From Candidatus Bathyarchaeota archaeon (lineage in GTDB: Archaea; Thermoproteota; Bathyarchaeia; Bathyarchaeales; Bathycorpusculaceae), in assembly GCA_963782525.1 (NCBI GenBank), contig CAWAKC010000006.1:1-64000 (forward strand): a stretch of DNA of 64,000 bases, in the 5' to 3' direction. Below the pieces are notes generated by a model. It was not told where the DNA came from. It searched no databases and saw only the letters and a list, made by a program, of their open reading frames with translations. Below are positions 19,928 through 29,188 of this stretch, piece by piece. The position numbers were made by a program, and so were the translations under genes. Position 1 is the first letter of the stretch. The number at the start of each line of letters is the position of its first letter.

Positions 19928-22033
19928 TCATTCCCCTTTATCACAGTGTTTTCTAAATAGCGCCTTCAAGTCGTCAATTCTTAAGCTCGCATTGTTTAAA
20001 GCATTTGTGGCAAATTCTTCGCTTCTGGCAAGCTCTGCCATCACGAAATCGTATTCGGATTGGCTCAAAGCATAAGCTTCTAATTCACTTGTATATGGAA
20101 GAACCATTATGTCGTGAATAGTTGAGACATTTTTGCTTGGATGTTTTCGTAGTACACGGCCTCTTCTTTGAATAAATTCCCTAGTTGATCTGGAACAGGA
20201 TATTAAAATCGCGGAGTCGCAAACTGGCAAGTCAACCCCCTCGTCCAAGCATTTTACTGCAATGAGAAACTTTTTTCCACTTGTTTCTTTGGCAAAACTT
20301 GATTTAACTGCATTTCGCTCTTCACTTGCAATTCTAGATGAAAATTCTAATACTTCAAATCCTTCGTCAAAAATTATTTTTCGGCATTCATCTAAATGAT
20401 CCAAATCATTGCAATAAATCAATGTTCTCTTCAAATCATATTTCTTGAGAATATCTCTTAAGGCATCTTTCTTGTTTTCTGCTTTTTTTATTATTCCGAC
20501 TCGGTTTAAATATAGTTGCCGCAGGCGCATACTAAGCTCTTTGTTGGTTCGTTCGAGAAAGTCGAGAATTCCCGGAATTGACTTTGCTTTTAGTTGCGGA
20601 TATTTACTTCGGATTGTCCCTAAAGTCATGGCAATTTGATGACTAATTTCCCGGAAGTTATCCTTTTCATCCATTGTCAATGGAACTGGATGAATCAAAT
20701 AGTTGTATTTTGTAAGTACATCGTCTCTAATGGAATCTGACATGCTAAACTCAAAGACCTGTGGTCCGAAATAATCAAATATTGCTTGATTCCCTTCGTC
20801 GTCCCATGCACGTTCTGGTGTTGCACTCAACCCAAGTTTGTATAAGCAATCTATTTCGAAAATTTTGCTAAATTCAGGTGCACCTGCATGGTGGACTTCG
20901 TCAACAACAATCGCCATCTTTTCAGATGGGACTTTCTCTATCAGGGAGAGGAATTTTGCTCTGGATGCGGTCTGCAAAGTTGCTATGATAAAGTTTCTTT
21001 TTAAGATTTCAGAATTACTCAAGAAGACCTGAATTAAATTATCAATTTGCGATTGCCAATTTGTTTCTTCACTGCAGGCGAGTCTAACTCGACTTGTATG
21101 CGGGTATTCCTTTTCAATTTCTTCTGCCCATTGTCTTGCCAGATCCACTGAAGGAACAATAATAAGAGACAAAGGTGAGTCTGGACATTTCTCGAGGCTT
21201 CTTAACGCAACAAGCGTTTTGCCCGAACCTGTTGCCATTGATAATACTCCCTTGAAATCGGCTTTCTCCCAATTATTGATGGCTTGTTCTTGATAGGAAC
21301 GTAATGTTCTTTTTGCACCAGGTTCCCGTTCTGTTATCTCTGGTACATACTTCATAAGAAGTCGTCGTTTGACAGCTTCAGGAAATTCAATCGTCTCTAA
21401 ACCGGTCTCTTTACCATTCCAAAGATCATTAAAATGTTTGATGTGCCCTTCAACTCTTCGCAATTCTCTTTCTGAATTGTCCCAAGTTATTGAAACATCA
21501 ATTGACTCGTAATTTGTTATCAAACCATTACAGGTTTCATTCATTGAACCTGAAAAAGCAATTTTATTGCTGGTTTCTTCATCAATAGAATCATAAAAGA
21601 TGCCAATTTTTTCATGATATAAACCATCTGCATCTCCGAACGCACCTATTGGCCTTGCTATCTTTATATCGATTTTATTATTTGCAATCATCCATGTAAG
21701 ATTTTTGACTCTCAAAATGTCAATCTCAGATAACGGAATTTCAATGTCACGAAGTAGTGTTGATTCAACAACTTCCTTTATGCTGTACCCCTTTTTTATT
21801 TTTTCAATATCTTCTTGAGTAAAACGGGGGCTAGCCACTAGGAGCATTCTTCCACCGTTTCGAACAAATTCAACTAGACCTCTAGCCGCTTCAGCTAAGC
21901 TAGCAGAAGTAAAGTATCCTACTGCCCTTTTGTAAATTATCGCGTTCTTCAAGCAAGGAATAAGAAAACCATTTAGAATATCGCAATCGACTGACCTATA
22001 GGTTACTTTTAAGGTTATTGATTTTAGATTCAA
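19928..22033 (-). CDS. pbeA: PbeA-like PLD-nuclease / SF2 DExH helicase fusion
   Basis: RAVGYFTS, HEKIGIFYD...FSGSMNET (PLD-like), LRSYQ, MATGSGKT, DEVHH, LSATP, QRRGRVLR. Confidence 0.75.
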   Translation of the reverse strand: MNLKSITLKVTYRSVDCDILNGFLIPCLKNAIIYKRAVGYFTSASLAEAARGLVEFVRNGGRMLLVASPRFTQEDIEKIKKGYSIKEVVESTLLRDIEIPLSEIDILRVKNLTWMIANNKIDIKIARPIGAFGDADGLYHEKIGIFYDSIDEETSNKIAFSGSMNETCNGLITNYESIDVSITWDNSERELRRVEGHIKHFNDLWNGKETGLETIEFPEAVKRRLLMKYVPEITEREPGAKRTLRSYQEQAINNWEKADFKGVLSMATGSGKTLVALRSLEKCPDSPLSLIIVPSVDLARQWAEEIEKEYPHTSRVRLACSEETNWQSQIDNLIQVFLSNSEILKRNFIIATLQTASRAKFLSLIEKVPSEKMAIVVDEVHHAGAPEFSKIFEIDCLYKLGLSATPERAWDDEGNQAIFDYFGPQVFEFSMSDSIRDDVLTKYNYLIHPVPLTMDEKDNFREISHQIAMTLGTIRSKYPQLKAKSIPGILDFLERTNKELSMRLRQLYLNRVGIIKKAENKKDALRDILKKYDLKRTLIYCNDLDHLDECRKIIFDEGFEVLEFSSRIASEERNAVKSSFAKETSGKKFLIAVKCLDEGVDLPVCDSAILISCSRSTREFIQRRGRVLRKHPSKNVSTIHDIMVLPYTSELEAYALSQSEYDFVMAELARSEEFATNALNNASLRIDDLKALFRKHCDKGE

Positions 22034-22078
22034 TCGATTCCTCAGGCATAGAGAATTTCTTATTAAGATTTCGAGAAG

Positions 22079-22351
22079 TTAAGTTCCATTTTTTCTTTCG
22101 AGGTAAACTTTTTTTCCAATATGACGAACTTCGACTTCAGTGACACCTTTTTTCTTGATATAATATTTCAGGCCATTTCTAATTTTACGAGATTCTTTGC
22201 TTTCTAATGTGACTTCGGCATACTTTATTTTGGAATCAAGAAATTCATTAATTATATCGCCATAAAGTGATTTCTCTATCGTTTTAGTTCCAGGTATACT
22301 CTCAACGGGAATAATGAATCTTAAATTCTTGGTTTTATCATTTGAAATTAT
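22079..22351 (-). CDS. Unannotated ~90 aa protein, paralog of the N-terminal domain of 22422..22937
   Basis: Open frame LRFIIPVESIPGTK..SLYGDIINEFLDSKIKYAEV...KKVYLER; AAGGTGA ribosome-binding motif precedes ATA/ATT; no ATG/GTG/TTG start. Confidence 0.7.
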   Translation of the reverse strand: MISNDKTKNLRFIIPVESIPGTKTIEKSLYGDIINEFLDSKIKYAEVTLESKESRKIRNGLKYYIKKKGVTEVEVRHIGKKVYLERKNGT

Positions 22352-22421
22352 CTGCTTTCACCTTATTATTTACTGTTTTTTTTCGACATATATGTTTTAT
22401 CACGTTAGTAAAAATTGACAA

Positions 22422-22937
22422 TTAATTCTGGCAATTCAATGTTTTTTCCAGCACTTCCATTTTTTCTAGGGCGTTTTGGTATTCTTGTTCTGTTAAATAT
22501 AAGTCGCCTCTGCAATCAACACAAACTCTTGAATCCTTGTTGTTTAAAGTTTTACAATTTGGGCATTTAGCCTTAACTAAAGAAGTATTCAATAAAGTGA
22601 CCACTTCAATAGCAGGATTCTCATTCGAATACGATGTTACTGAAGTTTTATTGTGTTCACTAGGTAGCAACTTAGCTTGTTGTGGAGAGTCAAGTCTCTC
22701 CAAGTAGACTTTTCCATTTCTTGAACTAACATTAATTATCCCTTTGCGCTTTTTCGACCGATTCTTAAGACTCAGATAAACAGTTAGCGGTTTTTTTCCA
22801 AGATCTTTAACTACCGCATATTTAACTCCGGAATAAAGAAATTCTCTAACAATTTCGTCATAGAAACTATCCCCGCCTTTTGTCCCTTCAGGCAAGTTCT
22901 CTATACTCTTCATAAATCGTAAAGGCTTTTCGCTCAT
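22422..22937 (-). CDS. Basic putative DNA-binding protein with C-terminal zinc ribbon
   Basis: LRFMKSIE...FYDEIVREFL..GVKYAVV...GKVYLER plus CPNC..CVDC. Confidence 0.65.
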   Translation of the reverse strand: MSEKPLRFMKSIENLPEGTKGGDSFYDEIVREFLYSGVKYAVVKDLGKKPLTVYLSLKNRSKKRKGIINVSSRNGKVYLERLDSPQQAKLLPSEHNKTSVTSYSNENPAIEVVTLLNTSLVKAKCPNCKTLNNKDSRVCVDCRGDLYLTEQEYQNALEKMEVLEKTLNCQN

Positions 22938-23164
22938 TATGACATATGCACCGTACTGACATCATATTGTTGAAGTTTGTTTTTAAGTCTTTTATCTATT
23001 TACTCAGTATTTAGAATCCTTGGGCCATTGGCTGATTGAATAAATGTGAACTTTTACTTTATTTGAATAAAGAAATCACTGTTCCATGTGCTAAAGGCTT
23101 AAAATCTCCAGCAATAAATACTCTACGATCGCTTAACCAGTTAGTGTCCTATCCAGGGATCGTA

Positions 23165-24256
23165 ATGACTAAACACGTGCTCTTAGTAAAACCAAAGTAT
23201 TACTCCGCTTATCCACCGTTAGGGCTACTCAAACTTTCGGCTTACCACAAGAAGATAGGCAATACGACTGAGTTAGTTTTTGGCACTATGCAAAAGGTTG
23301 AGGCAGAACCGGACATAATCTATATAACTAGTCTGTTCACATTTGCTTGGAAACCAGTCTGGGAAGCTGTTCGATATTACTCCTTAAAGTATCCCAAAGC
23401 AGAGTTATGGCTTGGCGGATTATACGCCTCCCTGATGCCTGAACATGCCGCTTTAAGCGGCATAAACCCTGATCGAATATACAAAGGGATTTTCCAAGAA
23501 GCGGAAGAGTTATGCCCTGATTACAGCTTAGTGCCTGAATGGAATGAAAGAGAAAACGCAAGCATAATTTTCTCAACACGCGGCTGTATACGCGCATGTA
23601 CATTCTGTGGAGTTTCTCAAATAGAGGGAAAGCTCGCCTCAGAAAAGGAATCAATCAAGAATCTGATTTGGCCGGGTCACTCAAGAATTATTTTCTTCGA
23701 CAATAATTTTCTTGCGGGCAAAAATTGGTCTGATATCTTAGGGGAAATTAGAGAAATGGATTTTGCAGTTGACTTTAATCAAGGACTAGACGCTAGATTA
23801 ATCGACAAAGATGTAGCAAAAGAAATTTCTACGCTTAAAATATATAGATTTATACGAATTTCATACGATACCTCTAATGTCGGACCGGACGTCAAGAAAG
23901 CGATCGATTTTTTAAAGGAGGAAGGCGTAGATGCAAGAAACATTTTGGTTTATGTTCTCTACAACTTTACAGACTCACCCGATGATTTCTTCCAGAGATT
24001 CAAAAATGTCTTGAATTGGGGCGCCGTAGCATATCCAATGCGTTTTCAACCGATTTCTAGCACTGAAAAAAATGATTACATTTCTCATTTGTGGACTGAA
24101 AAACAACTTGATGCGATGGCGACCGGTCGTCGCTTGTTTGGTTCTGGAGGAACGTTTCCGCCATATAAAGCCATAATAAAGAAGATCGAAGGTTGTAAAA
24201 CTTTTGACGAAGCATTTACTAACGGAATTTACCCAAAGAAGGAGGAATCGCTATGA
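23165..24256 (+). CDS. Radical SAM protein with cobalamin-binding-like N-terminal domain
   Basis: PPLGLLKLSAYHK, ITSLFTF, LGGLYASL, TRGCIRACTFC (CxxxCxxC), FDNNFL, DFNQGLDAR; ATG at 23165 preferred over the TTG at 23036. Confidence 0.85.
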   Translation: MTKHVLLVKPKYYSAYPPLGLLKLSAYHKKIGNTTELVFGTMQKVEAEPDIIYITSLFTFAWKPVWEAVRYYSLKYPKAELWLGGLYASLMPEHAALSGINPDRIYKGIFQEAEELCPDYSLVPEWNERENASIIFSTRGCIRACTFCGVSQIEGKLASEKESIKNLIWPGHSRIIFFDNNFLAGKNWSDILGEIREMDFAVDFNQGLDARLIDKDVAKEISTLKIYRFIRISYDTSNVGPDVKKAIDFLKEEGVDARNILVYVLYNFTDSPDDFFQRFKNVLNWGAVAYPMRFQPISSTEKNDYISHLWTEKQLDAMATGRRLFGSGGTFPPYKAIIKKIEGCKTFDEAFTNGIYPKKEESL

Positions 24257-25701
24257 TATGTTCTTGCTGTGGTTTCGATATAATCGGCGAATCTCATTTA
24301 GTCAACGATGGTCAAAAACAAGTTTGCGTTGAATGTTGGAATAACCCTAAAATGTTCTTTCCGGAAAAAATACCTCAGGACAAGAGACTTACTTTACTTT
24401 CATCGCTGGCAAAGTCAAACGGTAGTAAACGAGACGTTATAGATGTCAAGGCGATTAGGTTAACGCAGAAAAATATCGATATGTACATTGGAAAGATGAA
24501 AGTTAGCGATATCTTATCTCTATATGAATTAGATAAATTCAGAGAGGAGCAACTTGAAGGGTATCAAAGGGAGCGCTATGAGGAACGAACCTCCCAACTC
24601 GTTGAATACCTAGAGAAAAGCCCTTTGGCAGTTATGCCTGCGTTACTTGTAGGCTTAAGGAAGACTAACTTCGTAATTTTGGATGGAGATTTTGGCGAAT
24701 TAAGAATTGACAGAAAAAAGGGTTCTTTATGGATTATCGATGGTCAGCACCGCATTGGCGGTTTTAGTAAAATTCAAGAACAGTTTTATTTCGCAGAATC
24801 TTTGGGTGCTAAGGCATTTAGTGACTTAATGAACTTCGAAATGCCTATTGTTTTCATTGATTCGGACGGTGCGGCGCAAAAAGTAAATTCAAAAGAAATA
24901 AACAATCCGCTTGATGCAGAAGATATCGAAAAAACCATTTTCTTTATCGTCAACAAAACTCAAAGGGGGATAAGTCCCTCATTAAAAGATGCTCTATCGT
25001 ACAGTATCAAGACCAGCGGTATCGAAGGTTTGTCACTTGTCGATAAAGAAGGCTGGAGAATAGTTGGTGCGGAAATAGGAATAACACTCAATCTAAAAGA
25101 GACTTCACCTTTAAGAGGAAAGATCAATGTTAGCGGTCAAAGAAATAGCGGTAAACCTTTACAACTGAACTCTTTTGTTTCCTCCCTTGAATTTTTGTTT
25201 AAAGACAAGGAATTCTCGTCATTACCGGTAGTAGATAAGATAGGTTTCCTAGAGGCATATTGGTTGGCACTCAAAGAGTTGTTTCCCCAAGAATTAGAGC
25301 CTCATGAAACGCAGAAAGAACTCAAGGAAGAATTTGGTCATAGGTTCGCTTCTAACATCGGACGAAAAGCAAAGAAAGATTGTGGAAAAAAGCGGGCAGA
25401 AAAAGAAAAGTATCTGCTTCTTTCAGCGCTTGGAGTATATGTGGTCCATAGGATTGCAAAAGACGTATTACATGCTGCATTACAGCAGGGAGTTAACTAC
25501 CGCGAAAAGGAATTCTTCATCAAAGAATTGGACCCTATAAAATCTTTCGATTGGTCAGCAAAAACTTCCACGCTTTCAGCACTAGGCGGGATGAAAGGGG
25601 TAAGTAAGGCCTATGAACTTCTTAGTCAACAATTGCATTTGGAAATTGCTCTACCTTCAAGATCAATTTCAGAATTTGGTAAAGAAAGTGAGGCATTATA
25701 G
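24253..25701 (+). CDS. DGQHR-domain (DndB/ParB-like) protein with N-terminal zinc finger
   Basis: CSCC...CVEC, GYQR, IIDGQHR, FFIVNKTQRGI; ATGA overlap with the radical SAM gene. Confidence 0.85.
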   Translation: MICSCCGFDIIGESHLVNDGQKQVCVECWNNPKMFFPEKIPQDKRLTLLSSLAKSNGSKRDVIDVKAIRLTQKNIDMYIGKMKVSDILSLYELDKFREEQLEGYQRERYEERTSQLVEYLEKSPLAVMPALLVGLRKTNFVILDGDFGELRIDRKKGSLWIIDGQHRIGGFSKIQEQFYFAESLGAKAFSDLMNFEMPIVFIDSDGAAQKVNSKEINNPLDAEDIEKTIFFIVNKTQRGISPSLKDALSYSIKTSGIEGLSLVDKEGWRIVGAEIGITLNLKETSPLRGKINVSGQRNSGKPLQLNSFVSSLEFLFKDKEFSSLPVVDKIGFLEAYWLALKELFPQELEPHETQKELKEEFGHRFASNIGRKAKKDCGKKRAEKEKYLLLSALGVYVVHRIAKDVLHAALQQGVNYREKEFFIKELDPIKSFDWSAKTSTLSALGGMKGVSKAYELLSQQLHLEIALPSRSISEFGKESEAL

Positions 25702-25712
25702 TTTTTATGCGC

Positions 25713-26735
25713 TTAGACTCCTAAGGCTTTTATTTCATTGATTATTTCTTGAAATTCTCTTGAAAGCTCGTCATTTAAAAAAGGATTCTGCCGGAATCTA
25801 TCGTCAACATTAACTGGGGACGATCGCAAGTCAGTTAAGGTAGACTGTAGGTAATGTTGGTGTAATGGCTGACCTGCCCGACTCATTTGGGCAAAACTGT
25901 GAGACGTAAATGAGTTAAAATCAAAAATAAACTTAATAATTTGGTAACTTTTATCGGATTTTCGCATTGCTCTTTCATAAAAATATTTTTGGCAGCAAGA
26001 GACTACAAAACCATTGGACGAACCAAATCCAAAGACTATTTTGGGAAAAGTTGTGAGCAAAAACAATCCATAATCGGATTCAAGAAGCTGCTTAGGAGAC
26101 ATTTGGTTAAAACAATTATTGAAAGTCGTTTTAACCTCTGGATTATCTCGGAAATTATTATGCATATTTTCAAGGAGTTCGTCAATTGCTTGTTGATTCT
26201 CACCGGACCGAAAAGCCTTAAACGTGACGAAGAGACAAAATGACGACCCTTTTTGCAAATTAATAAGGTCTAGTACTGAATGGAGCGTATTAGAAAAAGG
26301 CTGGTCTGATCGAGGAAAACAGCTTCCTGAAAAATCTAAATTTACTAAATCGAATGGTGTTACTATTGTGTTGCTCTTGAACTCAGGTCGTTTTACTAAG
26401 TCCTCAAAAGTACTAAGATATCCCTTTGTTCCACCGAGTAGGGGCCTCACTTTACCAAAGTTACTGGGTAAGTTCTCGCAATAAACAACGGTTGGGAATT
26501 TTCGGCCATTGTCCTTTAGGAGACCTTCCTTTCTAAGCATAAAAATATCGATTCCATCCTTTCCGCACAATGTAAAATACCTTAATCCAAACGGTCTGGA
26601 TTTACCTCCTGCAGTAAGTTCTGTCATTTTACGTTGTGCTGACGAAAGCCAACCAAACTTTCTAACGAACTGTTTTATTGGATCTCTTGATAGGTCCAAG
26701 ACATCCATGCATCTATCGGAACTGGGGTAGCTCAC
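25713..26735 (-). CDS. Rossmann-fold methyltransferase-like protein
   Basis: LRYFTLCG..GID, VVYCE, FDLVNLDFSG pattern resembling degenerate class I MTase motifs I/II/IV. Confidence 0.5.
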   Translation of the reverse strand: MSYPSSDRCMDVLDLSRDPIKQFVRKFGWLSSAQRKMTELTAGGKSRPFGLRYFTLCGKDGIDIFMLRKEGLLKDNGRKFPTVVYCENLPSNFGKVRPLLGGTKGYLSTFEDLVKRPEFKSNTIVTPFDLVNLDFSGSCFPRSDQPFSNTLHSVLDLINLQKGSSFCLFVTFKAFRSGENQQAIDELLENMHNNFRDNPEVKTTFNNCFNQMSPKQLLESDYGLFLLTTFPKIVFGFGSSNGFVVSCCQKYFYERAMRKSDKSYQIIKFIFDFNSFTSHSFAQMSRAGQPLHQHYLQSTLTDLRSSPVNVDDRFRQNPFLNDELSREFQEIINEIKALGV

Positions 26736-28299
26736 TTAATAGATCTCCGTTGCTTCAGAAATGCATAGAACATCTTGTCTATTGCTTCTTTGTTTGCATT
26801 TTTATAAGTGCTTAACTCATGGAAAACTGAGACTTCTTGAAACCAGTTTCTTTCAGATGATTTTCTTGGCAAAATAGGACTTACATTGAATAGTGTAATC
26901 TGTGAATTTTCAAAATCAACTTTTGCTGGATATTCAAAGTATTTGTCAACCCTCTTAATCTTGAAGTTCTTTCCGTAAACTTTCGACACCAAAGAAGCAA
27001 GCGCTTCGATTTCTTCTTTTGAATAATCTTCTTTTTTATCTTCTTGGACAGCCCTCGATCTGCTTCGGGTATCGGATAATATTCCATCGTTTTCACTGCT
27101 TGCTGAAAGTCTGCTAAACATAACCTCTTGCAATTTTATATAATGGGGATCAGTTTCTCTGAAGCTATTGCGATCAATATTAAGAGCTTCCTCAAGACCC
27201 TCTTCAACGTAAATTTCTCCTGTCATTCCGGTAATAATTGGTCCAACCGACTGAGGGAAATTGAGGAAGGATTTATCATATGAACCAATTCCGACGTTAC
27301 GGATTCTAATGATTAGCCCCCTTAATTCAGGCGGAGAGATTGCATGGTTTTGGTGGTAAATATATCCTGAGAATTTGAGTCTGGATGACCCCACCATTTC
27401 GTCAAAACAAATGTCATACGTCTTCCAGTTGAAATGTTTGTCTTTAGAATCGCTTTTATAAGGGAAGAGAATGGGTTTTGAGAGCGGAATACCGTCTACA
27501 ACCACTTTAAAGTTATAACTGTTTAACCGATTTTTTACTTCCGCCATTGTCTTGCTATCGGGGATACGCCATCATTAAAATATGGAATGGGCGATATTAT
27601 TGCCAGTTCCCAAAGAAGTTTAAGATATTCTGGAATATCTTTTATCTTCTTGTCTTTAAGCCAATTAACGAATTCCTCAAAAGTTTGAGGGTCTTCCTTT
27701 TCTAGTTGAAATCCATAAACTGCTTTACTTGGGACATCAATTAACCTATTTCTGAACCCTTCATCTATTTCTTGCAATATAATCCTGGTGTAAGATTTGT
27801 TCGGTTCCTCTTTTTCCGTTTCAATAATTTCATATTCTCCAATTTGGACCCTTGAATCTCGAAGATTGAACTTGTAGGCGTCCTGTTGGTGAAAGGGTTT
27901 TAGGTCAATTTCTGCTTGAAATTGTTTATCATCTTTTTCCGTAGATGAGATAATAGTGAATTTATGGCAGATCTGTGCAACCGCCAATAACCCGATTCCT
28001 ATTTTGCCGATAAACGGCCGGTTGAATTTTGCAGTCGGGATTTCGCGTGCTCGCTTGTCCGAACCTCCGATGCGGTCCATGATTTCTTTGAACTTTTCTT
28101 TAGTCATGCCAGAACCGTAATCGGTACATGTCATAACATTAAAGTCAGGATAATCCGTTGTTATGATAGCGGATTCTGCTCCAGCATCAAAAGCATTGCT
28201 TACTAGCTCTTTTAGAGCATTGGCCGGTGTTCGGTAGATGCCCGAGCTTATGTCAGCAATGATTTTTGCTGAAACGTTAATCCTGCATTTTTCGGGTAT
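26732..28299 (-). CDS. MORC/GHKL ATPase with S5-like domain (frameshift near 27560; non-canonical start)
   Basis: In-frame extension upstream of 28134 gives IYRTPANALKELVSNAFDA (N-box), then DYGSGM and IGKIGIGLLA; C-terminal half has GEIYV...LNIDRNSF. Confidence 0.75.
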
Positions 28300-28353
28300 T
28301 CTTAAGACACTCCCTGTCTTCCTTACTCCTGATTTGTTTAAAAAGATTTAGCT

Positions 28354-29121
28354 CTACAAAAATATGTAATTCTTGCTTACAAACCACATGAAACCATCAA
28401 TTGTTGTCAAATCCGTTCGTAGTTCACGTGCTAATTCATTTAGCGTTTTATTGACTCTTTCGTAAGTAGCCCCTAAGTCTTCACTGGGAAAAGTGGGTTG
28501 ATGCAACTTCTGAAGAGTATCAATCGTTCGACTATTCCAGACACCATACCTATCCGGGTTGAGAGTATGCAATAATGCTGTAACTATTCCCTGCCCAATG
28601 CCATTAATTCGACCTGATCCCTGCAAGGCATATCTTATGCGAGAACCAATTCCTACATTTTCATCTTGTAAATGCCTTAGCAAATTTGACAATTCCTGAG
28701 GATGGTCAAGCGCGTAAGAAGCTGTACGCTGCAAAGTAGTCCATGAAAGGTTGTTCCTAAACATCAGCCAATCGTAAAAGTTATCTTTCAGAGCTTGAAG
28801 ATTGCCCAAATTTTCAAGATCTAACTTTCTTCTATATACAATGTAAATTTGTTTGCGTCTTCTTACCCATTCATCAACGCTTGGGAACTTGTTTCCAGAG
28901 GTTATCTCTATTGGGCTTTTCATATAAACTGGCCATAGCCTAGATATTTGAGCATCATCTGGACCAAGTTTAATTGGGCCATTTTCTGGCGGAGGGTCAA
29001 AAATAGGCTCGATTACTCTAGCTTGTTCAAGATATTTTCCACAATCTGGGCAAAATCTACTAAGCTTATACTCTTGATTTGAGAATTCACGTTTGCAGAC
29101 TGGACATGATATTTTTATCAT
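28354..29121 (-). CDS. Zinc-ribbon + HhH-fold protein
   Basis: CPVC..CPDC; GIGQGIVTALLHTLNPDRYGVWN; DLTTIDGFMW. Confidence 0.55.
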   Translation of the reverse strand: MIKISCPVCKREFSNQEYKLSRFCPDCGKYLEQARVIEPIFDPPPENGPIKLGPDDAQISRLWPVYMKSPIEITSGNKFPSVDEWVRRRKQIYIVYRRKLDLENLGNLQALKDNFYDWLMFRNNLSWTTLQRTASYALDHPQELSNLLRHLQDENVGIGSRIRYALQGSGRINGIGQGIVTALLHTLNPDRYGVWNSRTIDTLQKLHQPTFPSEDLGATYERVNKTLNELARELRTDLTTIDGFMWFVSKNYIFL

Positions 29122-29188
29122 ACAGGTCAGGCGTAAGATGTTTTTGTTGTTATTAGGATATTGATTTTTCGGTAATTTTATGAGACTT

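Noticed and set aside
24253-25701. Complete Dnd, Tdp or Dpd modification system
   Set aside because: No PAPS-reductase-like or tRNA-guanine-transglycosylase-like gene in the window
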